DNA of 64,000 nucleotides from the NCBI GenBank assembly GCA_003971905.1, contig RSEE01000017.1:124001-188000 (forward strand). The letters run 5' to 3'. Source of the DNA: Moniliella sp. 'wahieum'. Lineage: Eukaryota. Position 1 is the first letter of the stretch, and every line of letters starts with the position of its first letter. Position numbers and translations under genes: made by a program. The notes below the pieces were generated by a model. The model was not told where the DNA came from, made no database searches, and saw only the letters and a list, made by a program, of their open reading frames with translations. This document shows, one piece after another, positions 1-11,263 of this stretch.

Positions 1-100
1 CACCCATCCACTCCTCTCCTCGCAACCAACGCATTCTCGTACCCCTCTGTGCCCCCCATTCGGTTCCACTCCTATTTCCCACTGCCCCTCCTCATCCATC

Positions 101-538
101 ATGGCGCCCCGCTCGTACCTCAAGGTCACCCTCAAGCCTGAACACCGCTCTCAAGAAGAGTTCCAAGTCGTTGTCAATGGCCCCGAGTACGAAGCGTGGA
201 AGAAAGACCGGTCGGTCCCGCTCGCCGACGTGGTCGATTCGTTTGACGTGTTTGTCACGCTCCAAGGCTCCCAGGGCATGATGGGCCGTGCAAGCAAATG
301 CAGCTCGAAAACTCCTTCCCCGGTGCAAAGGAAGTGGAGGTGGTAGAGCAGATTCTTGAGCGCGGCACGCTCATGTCTTCCAGTACGTTTTCTTCGCCCT
401 CTTCCTCCTCTTGCGGTCTTGTGAGGCACTCGTCTGACGCTTGTATATAGCTACCAAGGGCGGGTACACGACAATGACAGCAAGCTGGGCGGCAACTCGG
501 TCTCGCGCGGCGCAAGCGGCGGATTTGGCGGCCGGTAA
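101..538 (+). CDS. RTC3: Rtc3/SDO1-like small protein (SBDS N-terminal-type domain)
   Basis: Reads YEAWKKDRSVPLADVVDSFDVFVTLQGSQGMMGRASK, then after a 1-bp shift QLENSFPGAKEVEVVEQILERG. Intron GTACGT 383..450 (TAG) with CTGAC branch. Gly-rich tail ...GASGGFGGR* ends at 538. Two apparent 1-bp indels. Confidence 0.8.
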
Positions 539-1426
539 ACCCTCGGTCCTTTTGCCGTCAAGTGTCGGGGGTTGGGGTCCCTCATTTCAAGCCAACCTTC
601 CTCGTCTTTCTCATGACCATTGGGAGATGCATTGGCCCCCATTGGATCGCATGCCCGCCATCGTGGTCCGGCATTAAGCTTCCCCCCACCTCTGTACTTT
701 CACAAGTTGTCTGTGTCTCCCACTTAACGCATAACCACATTGAGTAGTAATCATCCAGTGTCCTTGTGGGTTAGCCCTGGCGTTGGGCACGTCGGATAGT
801 TTGCGCAATGGCAGTAACACACACGCCTGGAACGATGAAGGGGACCGAGAAGAGATGAGCGGCAGAATCGACTTGATTGCGCTTGGGGGAGGAGTGGCAC
901 CTGCTCTATGTAATGCAAGGGAGCAAGGGTAGACTGAGGGTCTCTTCGTTGCTGGGATGCATACGTTCGTACAGGCGCAATGAATAGGCGAGGCTTCCAT
1001 GCAAGGGAGGGACTGGCGTGCGGATGGGGTGCGATCAAGGCGGGCAGGCGACGCAAGTGAGGTTGAAGCGCCATCCAATTGGCATCTGCTGGGTGGCTGC
1101 CAGTGCACGGACCAGCCGAGGCAGCCACACTGGCGCGCTGCGCTGCCATGTGCTGGCGTCATGCGGTTGGGACACACTGCTGCCGTGCGGGGCGGGGGCG
1201 CGGTGGTCGCCGGGGACGCGGGACGCGGGACGGCAGAGGCAGAGCACGCAGAACCCTAGCGGCCACACGGCGCCGTGCGGGCGGGTGCGCAGCCGCAACC
1301 GGCCGCTTATCGCCACGCGGCCCCAGGCGCTGGGCGCTTAAAAGACGTTGGCCACCCGCACGACGGCGGCTGTACGAGCCTCCGTCCTCCCGCCACCGCC
1401 TCCCCCGCCGCTGGACTGGACCCACG

Positions 1427-3105
1427 ATGCGCCTCTCCACTGCCTTTGGCCTTGCCCTCGCTGCTGCCGTCGCCTCCGCGCGCCCCGCCCCCCAGAACCG
1501 CTTTGTGCCCGGCGCAGACGTGCAGGATGCCTCGGTCATCCCCGCTGCCCTCCGCAGCGCTCAGGACCACTTGGGCGAGCTGCCCGGCAAGTACATGATC
1601 AAGCTCAAGAACGGCGTCTCCACCGCCTCCTTCCTCGCCCACCAACAGCTCATTGCTGCCGCCCAGGTCGAGGCCAGTGCTTACCGCGGCTTTGGCGTGG
1701 CCACTGCCGCAGAGCATGGCATTCGCCACGTCTACGACCTGGATGAGCACCTCCAAGGTTACGCCGGCCAATTCACCGACGATGTCCTCGCCTTTATCCG
1801 CGCCCAGCCTGAGGTGGAGTATGTCGAGCGCGATTCGATTGTCACGACGCAGGAGATCCGCCCGGATGAGCATTCTGCCTGGCTCCATGACTTTTCCACC
1901 CCTTCCGTTTCCACCAAGGAGCACGAGCACCTGACTGAGAAGGGTGCCCCCTGGGGTCTCGCCCGCATTTCGCACCGCGAAGAGTTGGGCTTTGGCAACT
2001 TCAACAAGTATGTCTATGACGAGGCTGCCGGCGCAGGTGTGACTGCCTACATTATTGAGTACGTTTTTGAATGCCCCCCTTTTCCGTGCTGTTCCGCCCC
2101 GGAGGCTGACCTTGTTTCCCCAGCACTGGCATTTACATCAACCACAATGACTTTGAGGGGCGTGCCCGCTGGGGCAAGACCATCCCCTATGGTGACGGGG
2201 ATGTGGACGGCAACGGACACGGCACCCACTGTGCCGGCACGATTGGCGGCAAGACGTACGGTGTGTCGAAGAATGCCGACTTGGTTGCTGTCAAGGTTCT
2301 GAGCAGCTCGGGTTCGGGCACCATGTCGGATGTGACAGCGGGTGTGCTGTGGGCTGTGAACGATGCCAAGGAGATCTCGGCCAAGCTTGCTACGGCGGAC
2401 GCGGCCACGCGCAAGAAGCACAAGGGTTTCGTCGCCAACATGTCGCTCGGCGGTGGCAAGTCGCCCACCCTCGACGCAGCTGTCAACGGTGCCGTTTCGT
2501 CTGGTCTCCACTTTGCCGTTGCCGCAGGCAATGAGAATGCGGACGCGTGCAACACTTCGCCTGCTGGTGCCAAGCTGCCCGTCACGGTGGGTGCATCTGA
2601 TGTCGGTGACAAGCGTGCCTACTTCTCCAACAAGGGCGCCTGCGTCGACATTTTTGCGCCCGGTTTGAACATCAAGTCGACGTGGAACACGGGCAAGGAC
2701 GCGACTGCGCTGCTGTCCGGCACGTCGATGGCCACGCCCCACACGGTGGGCCTTCTTGCCTACCTGCTTTCGATCTATGGATCGGACGACTTTGCCACGA
2801 TCAAGGGGGCGATCCCGATGCCCACGCTCGAGTCGGTGGCGGCGGCTAATGCACAGCGGGACTTGACGCAGGTGTTGCGCAAGCACGCTGCGACACTGCT
2901 GCAGGCTGCGCCTGTGCCCGCTGCTGCGCTCGAGTGGATGCTCGGTTCGCTCGTCTCGGCGCCCGAGACCAAGGCGTCGATTGTGTCGGTGCTGCACCCG
3001 ACGGATCTGAAGGATGCGTTGCTCGGATTTGCCACCAAGAACACCCTGACGGATGTCCAGGGCAGCCCCAACCTGTTGGCCTTCAACAATGCTACCTCTT
3101 TCTAA
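1427..3105 (+). CDS. PRB1: Subtilisin-like (S8) serine protease, proteinase B/cerevisin type, with signal peptide and I9 propeptide
   Basis: Signal peptide MRLSTAFGLALAAAVASA; prodomain ...GYAGQF...VEYVERD. Catalytic motifs IID|TG (across intron 2059..2123), DGNGHGTHCAGTI, AAGN and LSGTSMATPH. Confidence 0.93.
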
Positions 3106-4089
3106 GCATCTCGACCATCTCGACCGGGTGGGTTGGCTTGATTCTAGGTTCTTCCCCTGCCCCCCCCCCCTAACCCCACCTCTACTCTGCCTCTCCAACT
3201 GGCCGACTCCCATTCCATTGCCAGACCACTCTCACCCTCGTCTTCCTTTTTTTTCTTTTCTTCGAGTCTGTCTGCTCCCCTGTGCTTCGGCGACGGGGAG
3301 ACAAGTCTACCCAAGTGTACGCACTAGAGCATGTACCTCCCCAATCAAAGTTTCGAGCATCATCTGATGGATCACCGATCATCCGCCGGGTGCTTTGGTC
3401 GGGCGCGGCTAGCATCGGCTGGATCTCGATCAACCAGCGTGATAGAAGAGGTGCGACGTGGTGGGCAGCACAGCTGGGAGCTGGGAGGCAGTTCAAGAAC
3501 TGAACGTTCAGCGCGCCAACGAGCTCCTCGAGCGTTTGCCAGTGTTATGCAGGACCAGTTATGAGTTAGTTTTCTCAAGAGAAGTCGGTGGTGCAGCTCA
3601 AAAACAGGCACTACAGCCTAGGCACTTGGGCAGCAGAGAATGTGAGAACCTTGGCAACGTTAGGCCGTTCCGCAAAGGCAAGGCGCCGGGGATTGGCTAG
3701 CGTGGGACGGTACGTGTTCATCGTTCATCAGATCAGCTGAACGTTGAACCCGAACGAGTGGGGGGGGCTATCAGGGACCAGCTCCCTACTGAACCCGTAC
3801 CCCAGCTGCATGGCACGACCAGCTCCGCTCAGCTCAGCTCTCCGGGCGCGTGCGAGACCCGACCCGCCCACACCACATCACACCACAGCAGAACAGACCA
3901 GACTAAGCCAACGACGGGTGGATTCGTACGTGAATTGGGCAGGGCGCGACGAGCAAGCGGGGGTCCCGAGGGACGGGATGGGCAACGCGACTGGCTCAAC
4001 ACGGGGAATTCAATTCAGACCAAAGGGCGATGAGGGGGGGGGGGGGGTATGAAAGAAGACCAAAACGTCAAAGAAAAAAAGAAAAACTA

Positions 4090-4141
4090 AAGGAAAGGAA
4101 AGGAAAGGAAAGGAAAGGAGAGCAGAGCAGAGCAGAGCAGA
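4090..4141. repeat. Compound pentanucleotide microsatellite (AAGGA)n(AGAGC)n
   Basis: Read directly: aggaaaggaaaggaaaggaa...agagcagagcagagcagagcaga. Confidence 0.85.
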
Positions 4142-4539
4142 GAAGAAGAGGGGAGGGAGAGGAGAGCACCGAAAAACCAAGCTCGCGCGGTCGTTTGGGC
4201 GGCCCAGGGTACCAACCTCATATACCATACCCCATCGTCTCGGTCCCCCTCCCGCACGTCCCATGTTGCCGGCACGCAGATGCGCCACACCCGCGCATTC
4301 GACCCCGCCCCCGCTCCCACTCCTGCACAGGCACCCACCCCTCGGCCCCATGCGCGTGATCCGCGGCAACACTACGCAACGCACCCCGCACACCACATAG
4401 CGCGCCACGGTCCAACGCTCACCTCTTCACTCTTCACCTGTTAACCTGTTAACCTGTTAACTGTTCACATCACCACGCACTTGCAGCACCCTGCGCCGGG
4501 CTCGGTCTCGGCCGGGGCCGCGGCGCGCCCGCCCGGGCA

Positions 4540-6709
4540 TCAGCCGCCGTACGCCGCTGCGTCCATCGCCCCGGGCGCAGGAGCAGTGGGTACACGTCCT
4601 GCGGCGGGAGGTGCGTAGTAGTTCTGGGCGAACTGGGCGGCAGCATGTGCGCTTGTGGTTGCGGTTGTGGTTGCGCTTGCGGTTGCAGCGGCTGGTACAT
4701 TGCCTGGGGCTGGTGTGGGTGGAAAGGGTGGGACGCCGGTGGCTGCTCCCGGTACTGGTGGTAGGAGAGCGGTAGCTGTTTCTTGCTCTTGTTCTGGCTC
4801 TGGCTCGAGGCGGGACTGCTCGGGGTGCGCGTCACGGCGGGGCGGGTAGGCGTGCGAAAGCGAATCCGAAAGCGAAGGTGAATGGGAATGCGAAAGCGAA
4901 AGCGGCCCTGGGACTGGAGCCGGGCCGGGGCAGAAGGAGAGGCCGCCGATGCCAAGGTCAAAGGCACAGTGGGCGAGGCGGGGTGGAATGGGAAAACGTT
5001 AAGGTCAGGGACACGGCGCCAGCAGGGAGGTAGGGTAGGGTAGGGCAGGGCAGGGCAGGGCAAGACGTACGGTATGTCGCTTGGGCCGGGTAGGGGAGGA
5101 AGCCGGTGGCGTCCGATTCGGAGGCAACGTTGCAGGTGGCGGATGATGGTGAGAAGCAGAGGCAGAAGCAGAAGCAGAAGCAGAAGAGAGAAGAAGAAGA
5201 AGAAGAGGAGAAGGAGGCGCTTCAGTGTGCGGGTGAGCAGGACGAAGTGGATCTCTTTGAGATCGTAAGGGTTGCCATGAATGTCCCACTTGTCCACCAG
5301 CCCGCACAGGGCAAGGCCGAGGCCATGTCAAAGTTGGGATCGTTCGATTGCGGCCAATTGGCGCTGCGCCTCCCCCTCCCCTGCCGCGGCAGCAGCCGCA
5401 AGAAGTTCTTGGCCGGGCCAGACGCGCACGGGGGCCACAGTAGGTATCTCATTAACGTTAGTGGAGCGCTGGCTAGGCCAGGGGGTCCAGGCCCGGGCCG
5501 GACGGCGCATTGGCTGTCTCCCCAGCCTCAGTGTGCGAGCCCGACGGCCTGATCCCTCCCAGCGGGCCAAACTCTTGCAGCTCAGTCGAATCAAGGTTCT
5601 TCCGCGCGGCTTGGGCCAAACGTTTGCGCTTGGCCGATGCCTGGGAAGCAAGGATCTGCGACACACTCGTGTCCCCGTCCACGTCCGGGTTCTCGTCCGC
5701 GTACCGCTCCGCATCCTGCCCCCACTCCGGCTCGGACCGGGCAGGCGTGCCATTGGACGCGCGGAACGGGTCAGGTGCCAGGGCAGGTGGGCTGCGCTGG
5801 GGGAGCGGGGGGGCGGGTACCGTTTGCGCTGGGCGGGAGAACGGCGGGGCGGGGGCGTCGTACCGGATGGCGCAACGCCATTGGCACGGGACCGACGAGG
5901 CGTGCGCTCGTACGGTTGGCCCGCTCTCGCTGCGCCGTGGAGCTGGTGGGCTTTGGTGGCGAAGCGGGCGGCGGCTGCGGCTGCGGCGCGCGTGCGGCCG
6001 CAGATTCCGGGACAGGAGGGCTAACCTGGCTCGGGCTGAAGCAGACGCAGGCAAGCTGACGTCGGACTGAGGAAAGGCGGAGGCCAAGCTGGGATCCAAC
6101 GAAGCCGACGCGGGCAACGTGGGTGCGGCCCGGGCGTGGGCGGTGGCCAGGCGCGGATCCAATGGACGCGAGAGCTTGCGCGGGCGCGCGTCCCACTCAA
6201 CATAGCGTTCGCTCACGTCCGGCGCCGGGCCGCCCAGCGGGCCAAACTCGTTCCGTTCCTCGGGCGTCAGGCGCGCGGCCTGGGACTTGAGCCGTCTGCG
6301 GCCGAGCGGGGTGGTGCTCATGTTGGCGCTCGTGTCGCGTTCTGGTTCTGGTTCGGGTTCTGGTTCTGGCTCCGGCTCTGGCTCTGGCTCCCGTACCTGC
6401 TCCCGCTCGGGGGGAGGGGTAGGATGGGGGAGGGGGAAGGCAGATGGAGCGGATGCATAGGGGCCCTGCTGCTGGCTCGGGGGGTGCTTAGGCCATTGCT
6501 CTTGCTCGGGGGCGCGCAGGGATCGGGCAGCGGAGGAGGGGGCAGCGGCAGCGACAGCGAGAGCGGCGGCGGCGGCGGGAAGGCGGCCGCGGGAGCGGGA
6601 GCGGCTCGGGGCTGGCGGAGCGAGTCGAGCGGCGCCCACTCGTGGTTGGGCGGCGGGGCGGGGCGGGCGGGGCGAGGATGAGGATGGTGCTGGCAGCAAC
6701 CACCGCCAT
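4540..6709 (-). CDS. Hypothetical Pro/Ala-rich protein of unknown function, frameshifted, probably one intron
   Basis: Protein-like segments across frames: (EP)n run, MSTTPLGRRRLKSQ, two EFGPLGG motifs, NDPNFDMASALP, DKWDIHGNPYDLKEIHF, C-terminus ...GAMDAAAYGG*. GTACGT donor at 5070. Start could be 6709 or 6321. Confidence 0.5.
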
Positions 6710-7649
6710 GGTGTGGGGAACGCACAGGCCGCCGGGCGGGCGCTGTGCCGACGACGGAGAGAGACGCCGACGGCGACGGAGACGAGACGGGCGGACAGAC
6801 GACAAGCGAGGCTGCGGCGGAGGTCCTCTGATTGCCCAGCGGTGCAGTGGCCTGGGAAAAGGCACAGACAAACAAAGGCGCCGCGCCGCCACAATGGGCT
6901 GCCCACATGCCCGTCTGCCCCGCCGCACGCGCGCACGCACGTCACGCTTACTGCCTCACACGTCGCATGAAACACCAGCCAATCGTCAGCTCCATTACAC
7001 ACCACACCGCACACCACACACCACACCCCCATCCATCGTGCCCTCGTCGCCGCCCTCCACACCGTCCCCAGAGCGCTGGGCAGACGGACGCGCACCCCAA
7101 AAATCCGGGGCAAATCCTGGATGTCTCGACCGTGATCGGCAGAGCACAGTTTGCCTCCTCCCCGTGCCGCAGCTAGCCGGCACACCCACCAACTCGGACG
7201 ACGGACCCAGAATGGGGATGGTGTGGCTCCTCTGCCAGTGTCCGTCGAGCACGGGGGAGAGCCCGCGGCGCGCATGCACGTGATGGGCGCCTCGGTCGCT
7301 CCTGCGGACGACGCTCATCGTCGCTCGGTACGGGATGCCTGTGGGGCTGCCGAGGCGAGTGCTTCCGTGTAGTCCAGGACAGCTAGACAAGCGTTTGGCC
7401 CACCGCGGCTGTCTGCGAGGGCACCACGAATCCTCCCACAGCACGCTCCTCCTCCGTCTCGACGGTGTACTGGGCTGTTCCTCTCGGCCGTGGGGAGCAG
7501 GGTGAAAGAATGGCGGCTCGGGCGAAGCACTACATGGGCGATCAAGGGGGAGCGGGGTGAATCGGTCGCACCAATGAGAATGAGAGCCCAGAAGCGCGGG
7601 TGTCCGTCAACCGCCCAGTAGCTTCGCTACTAAGCTAAGGACGATTGCA

Positions 7650-7856
7650 CTGTACAGGGCGGAAACAGTCAGAGATAGCTTCTTGTAAGCTCCTGGCGTT
7701 AGTCCCACCTTGAATCCAACCGTTGCCAAAAGGACAAGCGCCAGAAGCAGGAAGAGAACAGCAGGAGAAAGAAGAGGAAGCTCACCTGTACAGGGCGGAA
7801 ACCGTCAGAGATAGCTTCATGGAAGCTCCTTGCGCTATCCCGACCTTGGATGCAAC
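7650..7856. repeat. Imperfect 71-bp direct repeat (7650..7720 and 7786..7856)
   Basis: ctgtacagggcggaaa(c)(a/c)gtcagagatagcttc...aac. Ungapped alignment with 10 mismatches counted by eye. Confidence 0.9.
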
Positions 7857-8587
7857 AGGGAGAAGAGGAAGGAGGGGAACCAGGCGCGACGGTATACCCA
7901 GTCAGGAGCGCCCGAGTCGCGGAACACTATAGCCAGTAGTTCCGGTTGCCGGTTGCCAGCGACATGGCCGATCAAGCCATCACACCAAGTGGGGTCACAT
8001 ATGCACATGCGCATGCCACATACTCCAACCCAGAGGAGGGGGATGTGGAGTCAAAGTCAACGCTAGTCACTCTTCGGTTCTCCTCTGTTCTGTTATTCTG
8101 TTTACAGTCACTTAGTCTTCTCACGTCTCCTTGCTCTCCCATTCTTGGTCTAACTTGTTGGGGGGACCTTCTCCATGAGCACAGGCACAGGAAGGACCGA
8201 CCCCCCCAGTGCAAATGACGCCAGCCTATTTCCCTCTTGCCCTTTCCTAAGGACTAAGATCTAAGGTGGAAGCAATGGAGTGAGCGCCACACACATGCCA
8301 TCACTTTCGCCAGGGGTATAGCGTCGGCGTGCCTGCAACCAGGCATCATGCAATCGTGGGGCGAGGATGCCCACTGGGTGCGGGAAGGAGGTGGCTGGTG
8401 CGCTCCGATTGCCAATGGCCGATCGCGCGGGGAGGGGGGAATGTGTCGAGCGGGGCGATGCACGATGGGAGAGAGGAGTGGTGCGATGTGCGAAATGCAA
8501 CGGATGGACTGGCCGCGCCTCTTTGCAATCGGTCCACCCGCGCTGCGCTGGCCGCTTGGCCTGGCAACCCAAAACAAGAAGAAAAGG

Positions 8588-8589
<2 letters not shown>

Positions 8590-8618
<29 letters not shown>
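8590..8618. repeat. (AAAAC)n microsatellite just upstream of a TATA-like TTTATAA before the kinase gene
   Basis: Read directly. Confidence 0.8.
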
Positions 8619-8700
8619 CCCATTGCTTTTATAACCCCCCGCTCGGGCCAGCGCGGAGCGCGCTTGGGCCACTGCTCGGCTCGTCTCTCCAGCCCCAGCG

Positions 8701-9653
8701 ATGGACAAGACTGTCAACGAGTTGGCGCTCCAGCTCGAGGCGCGCGCTGAAACGTACGTGGATGAATCTGGATCTGGATCTGGGAGGGGCTTGGCGTGTG
8801 TGTGCCCCCGTTGTTCGCGCTCCCGCTCACCACGACCCGCTTGCGGCAGTGTGAAACCAGGCGAGCGCTACGTCGTCGCGCTGTGTGGCATCCCCGGTTC
8901 GGGCAAGTCCTCGCTCGCCGCCGCGGTGGTCAAGCAGGTCAATGCGCTCTGGCACCAACGCCACCCGACAAGGCAGGACGTGGCCGTCGTGGTCGGTATG
9001 GATGGGTGGCATTTCAGTCGGAAACAACTGGATGCCTTCCCGGACCCCAAGCTGGCGCACGACCGACGCGGCGCGCCCTTCACGTTTGATGGCGAGGTAC
9101 GTTTTGGCTCGGGGCACAGCGAAAGCAAAGGCACGCGGCCGGAGGGGGGGGGCGAGGCGAAGCAGCAGGCTGATTCGTGTGATGGCGACAGGCATTTTCC
9201 GACTTTGTCGTGGCGCTGACGACGAGCGCGGGCAAGAAGTGTGGGCGCCGGGCTTTTCTCATGCGGCCAAGGACCCGGTGGAGCATGGCGTGCGCGTCTG
9301 CCCGTACCACCAGGTGGTTGTGGTGGAAGGCCTGTACTGTACCGCGGACGAGTTGCCGTGGCGGCGCGGCGCCGAGGCGCGCGAATGAACGGTGGCTGCT
9401 CCAGGTGGACCGGGACGTTGCGCGAGAGCGGCTGGTCAAGCGCCATGTCGAGACGGGCGTCGCGCCAGATGCTGAGACGGCGCTCTGGCGCGCCGAGACG
9501 AATGACCTTCCCAATGGAGATTGGGTGCTGGCGCATGCGCTCCACCCGTACCGCACCATCGAGTCGAAGAGCGACGTGGCTTGGACTGGCGGAGGGCAAG
9601 AAAGAGTAACGGCAGCATGCCGCTCGTCTTGCTCGTGGACCTCCCCCGGGTGA
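8701..9653 (+). CDS. YFH7: P-loop kinase, Yfh7/uridine kinase-phosphoribulokinase family
   Basis: Walker A CGIPGSGKS; MDGWH; RRGAPFTFD; APGFSHAAKDPVE; VVVEGLY; RLVKRH; NDLPNG. Introns 8754..8849 and 9097..9191. 1-bp shifts in the last exon make the 3' end approximate. Confidence 0.88.
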
Positions 9654-10864
9654 ATTAATGATATCAGTGGCTGGTGCAGGAGGTGGCCGTGTGCTCACAC
9701 GCTTCAAGCTTGAACTTGAGGCTGCTCAATCCAATTGCCACAGTCTCCTTTGTTTGGGTAATGTGGTTGGAACGTGCTTCGCGTGATCAAGGATTCATGT
9801 TGGCAGAGGGAGTGGTGGATCAGGATGGTGCCCTGGTCGTTTGGATGCGCTACTGCAGTAGAGGCAGAGACATGCACACAAATGCCTAGTCCAATCGAGA
9901 CGGATGTACATGTTGCGTTTTACAGTGTGGTTTTGTATGTAGCACCCTCCCAATGTGCACGTATCCTCTCGTGGTTCTTCTGGCGCAGCTGAGGGGACGA
10001 AGAAAGATGATCGATGAGTGTGGCACAGGCGAAATAGGTCGGGACACAACACACTCCTCGGGTAGTCTGTGCACCCGAACGCACAGCGGGAGTGGCAACT
10101 GTGTATACGCTACTCTATCTAGTGGGCTTGTACATCGCACGTTTCCGACGAGAAATCGCGATAGCACAGGCGCAGAAGTGTACCCACACATGTGGGGTGC
10201 TGTTCTAAGCGGGATGTCCTCCAGGCGGGGCACTGAGTCTGGACAGAAGAGGGGGTGGGGGAGGGTTCGTTTGCTGTTCAAGTGAGCTCGGGCGGCCAAA
10301 AGAGGGGGTGGAAGAAAGCACGCTATCGATTAACGTCTAGAATGCGCTCCGTAAGCTTTGCTCCTCGGGGGATGCGTGCGGGGGGCATTAAGGTCTTGTT
10401 CGTGGGCCAGCATGGGAAGTACTTGGCTTGCGCGCCCACTCGAGCCGACTGGCGGCCACATCAGCCGGCGTGGGCGGCGCAGTGCCTGGCCGCGCACCCG
10501 GCGCTGGCCCCCGCCCCGCACCCCAAGGCCCGAGTTATATGCAGCCAGCGCCCGGCCCGCACCGCGCCCGTGTCGGCGCGGTGGCCCGCCGACCGCAGGC
10601 CCAGGCGCACGGGTCTGTGTCGGCTGCCCGCCGACGCACCCACAAGGCGCCAGGCCTAAGACCTAAAGCTAAGGCCTAAGGTAGGCCTCAGGTGAGCTCA
10701 GGAGCGCCAGTGGAAGGCGCCGGGGGCAGACGCAGGAGCAGGGCGCCGCCTCCACCGGATGTGCAGACACGGGCGGCAGGAGGCCAGCAGCGGTGGGTGC
10801 TTGTGGTGGCGGCAGAGCCACATGCCTCGCCTGCAGCAGCGCCCAGAAAGAGAGCGGTGGTGGC

Positions 10865-10927
10865 CTGCATTGCCCACTGCATTGCCCACGTACTGCATTG
10901 CCCACTGCATCGCCCACAGTGCATCGT
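10865..10927. repeat. 12-bp tandem array (CTGCATTGCCCA) x4 plus a partial copy, upstream of the Ala-rich gene
   Basis: Units at 10865, 10877, 10893 and 10905 (last has one mismatch). Confidence 0.85.
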
Positions 10928-11138
10928 CTGCAGCGCATCGGCTGTGCTGTGCCCCTCGTGCGCTCTGTTGTGCAGCCACCGGCCACCCCGCTCTCCTGCG
11001 CCGTGCCTGCCCTTTCCCCCTGCGCCTGCCCCCTGCAGCTGCGTCTTCGGCCCAGCGGTCCGTGCACCCTGCAGCAGCGCATCCAGCCCTGCACACACAG
11101 CCTCTGGCAGCCCCCCCTTGCCCCCACACCAGCAGCCG

Positions 11139-11145
11139 TATATAA
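11139..11145 (+). promoter_or_regulatory. TATA box (TATATAA) followed by a pyrimidine-rich leader
   Basis: gtatataacc about 120 bp upstream of ATG 11264, in otherwise GC-rich DNA. Confidence 0.6.
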
Positions 11146-11263
11146 CCAGCCCACCCACCCGCCCCACCATCCTCTTCTCTCCACCTGCGCCGCCACACGC
11201 TCCCCTCTCTCGCCCCTCGACCAGCACCCCACCCCTCTTCGCAGCAAAAGCCTTCCCCCCACA

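Noticed and set aside
5473..7275. 600-aa ORF taken as one protein
   Set aside because: The first ~200 aa translate promoter-like and simple-repeat DNA; only the distal part looks protein-like.
7650..7856. CRISPR-like repeat-spacer unit
   Set aside because: Only two 71-bp imperfect copies, eukaryotic context, no cas genes.
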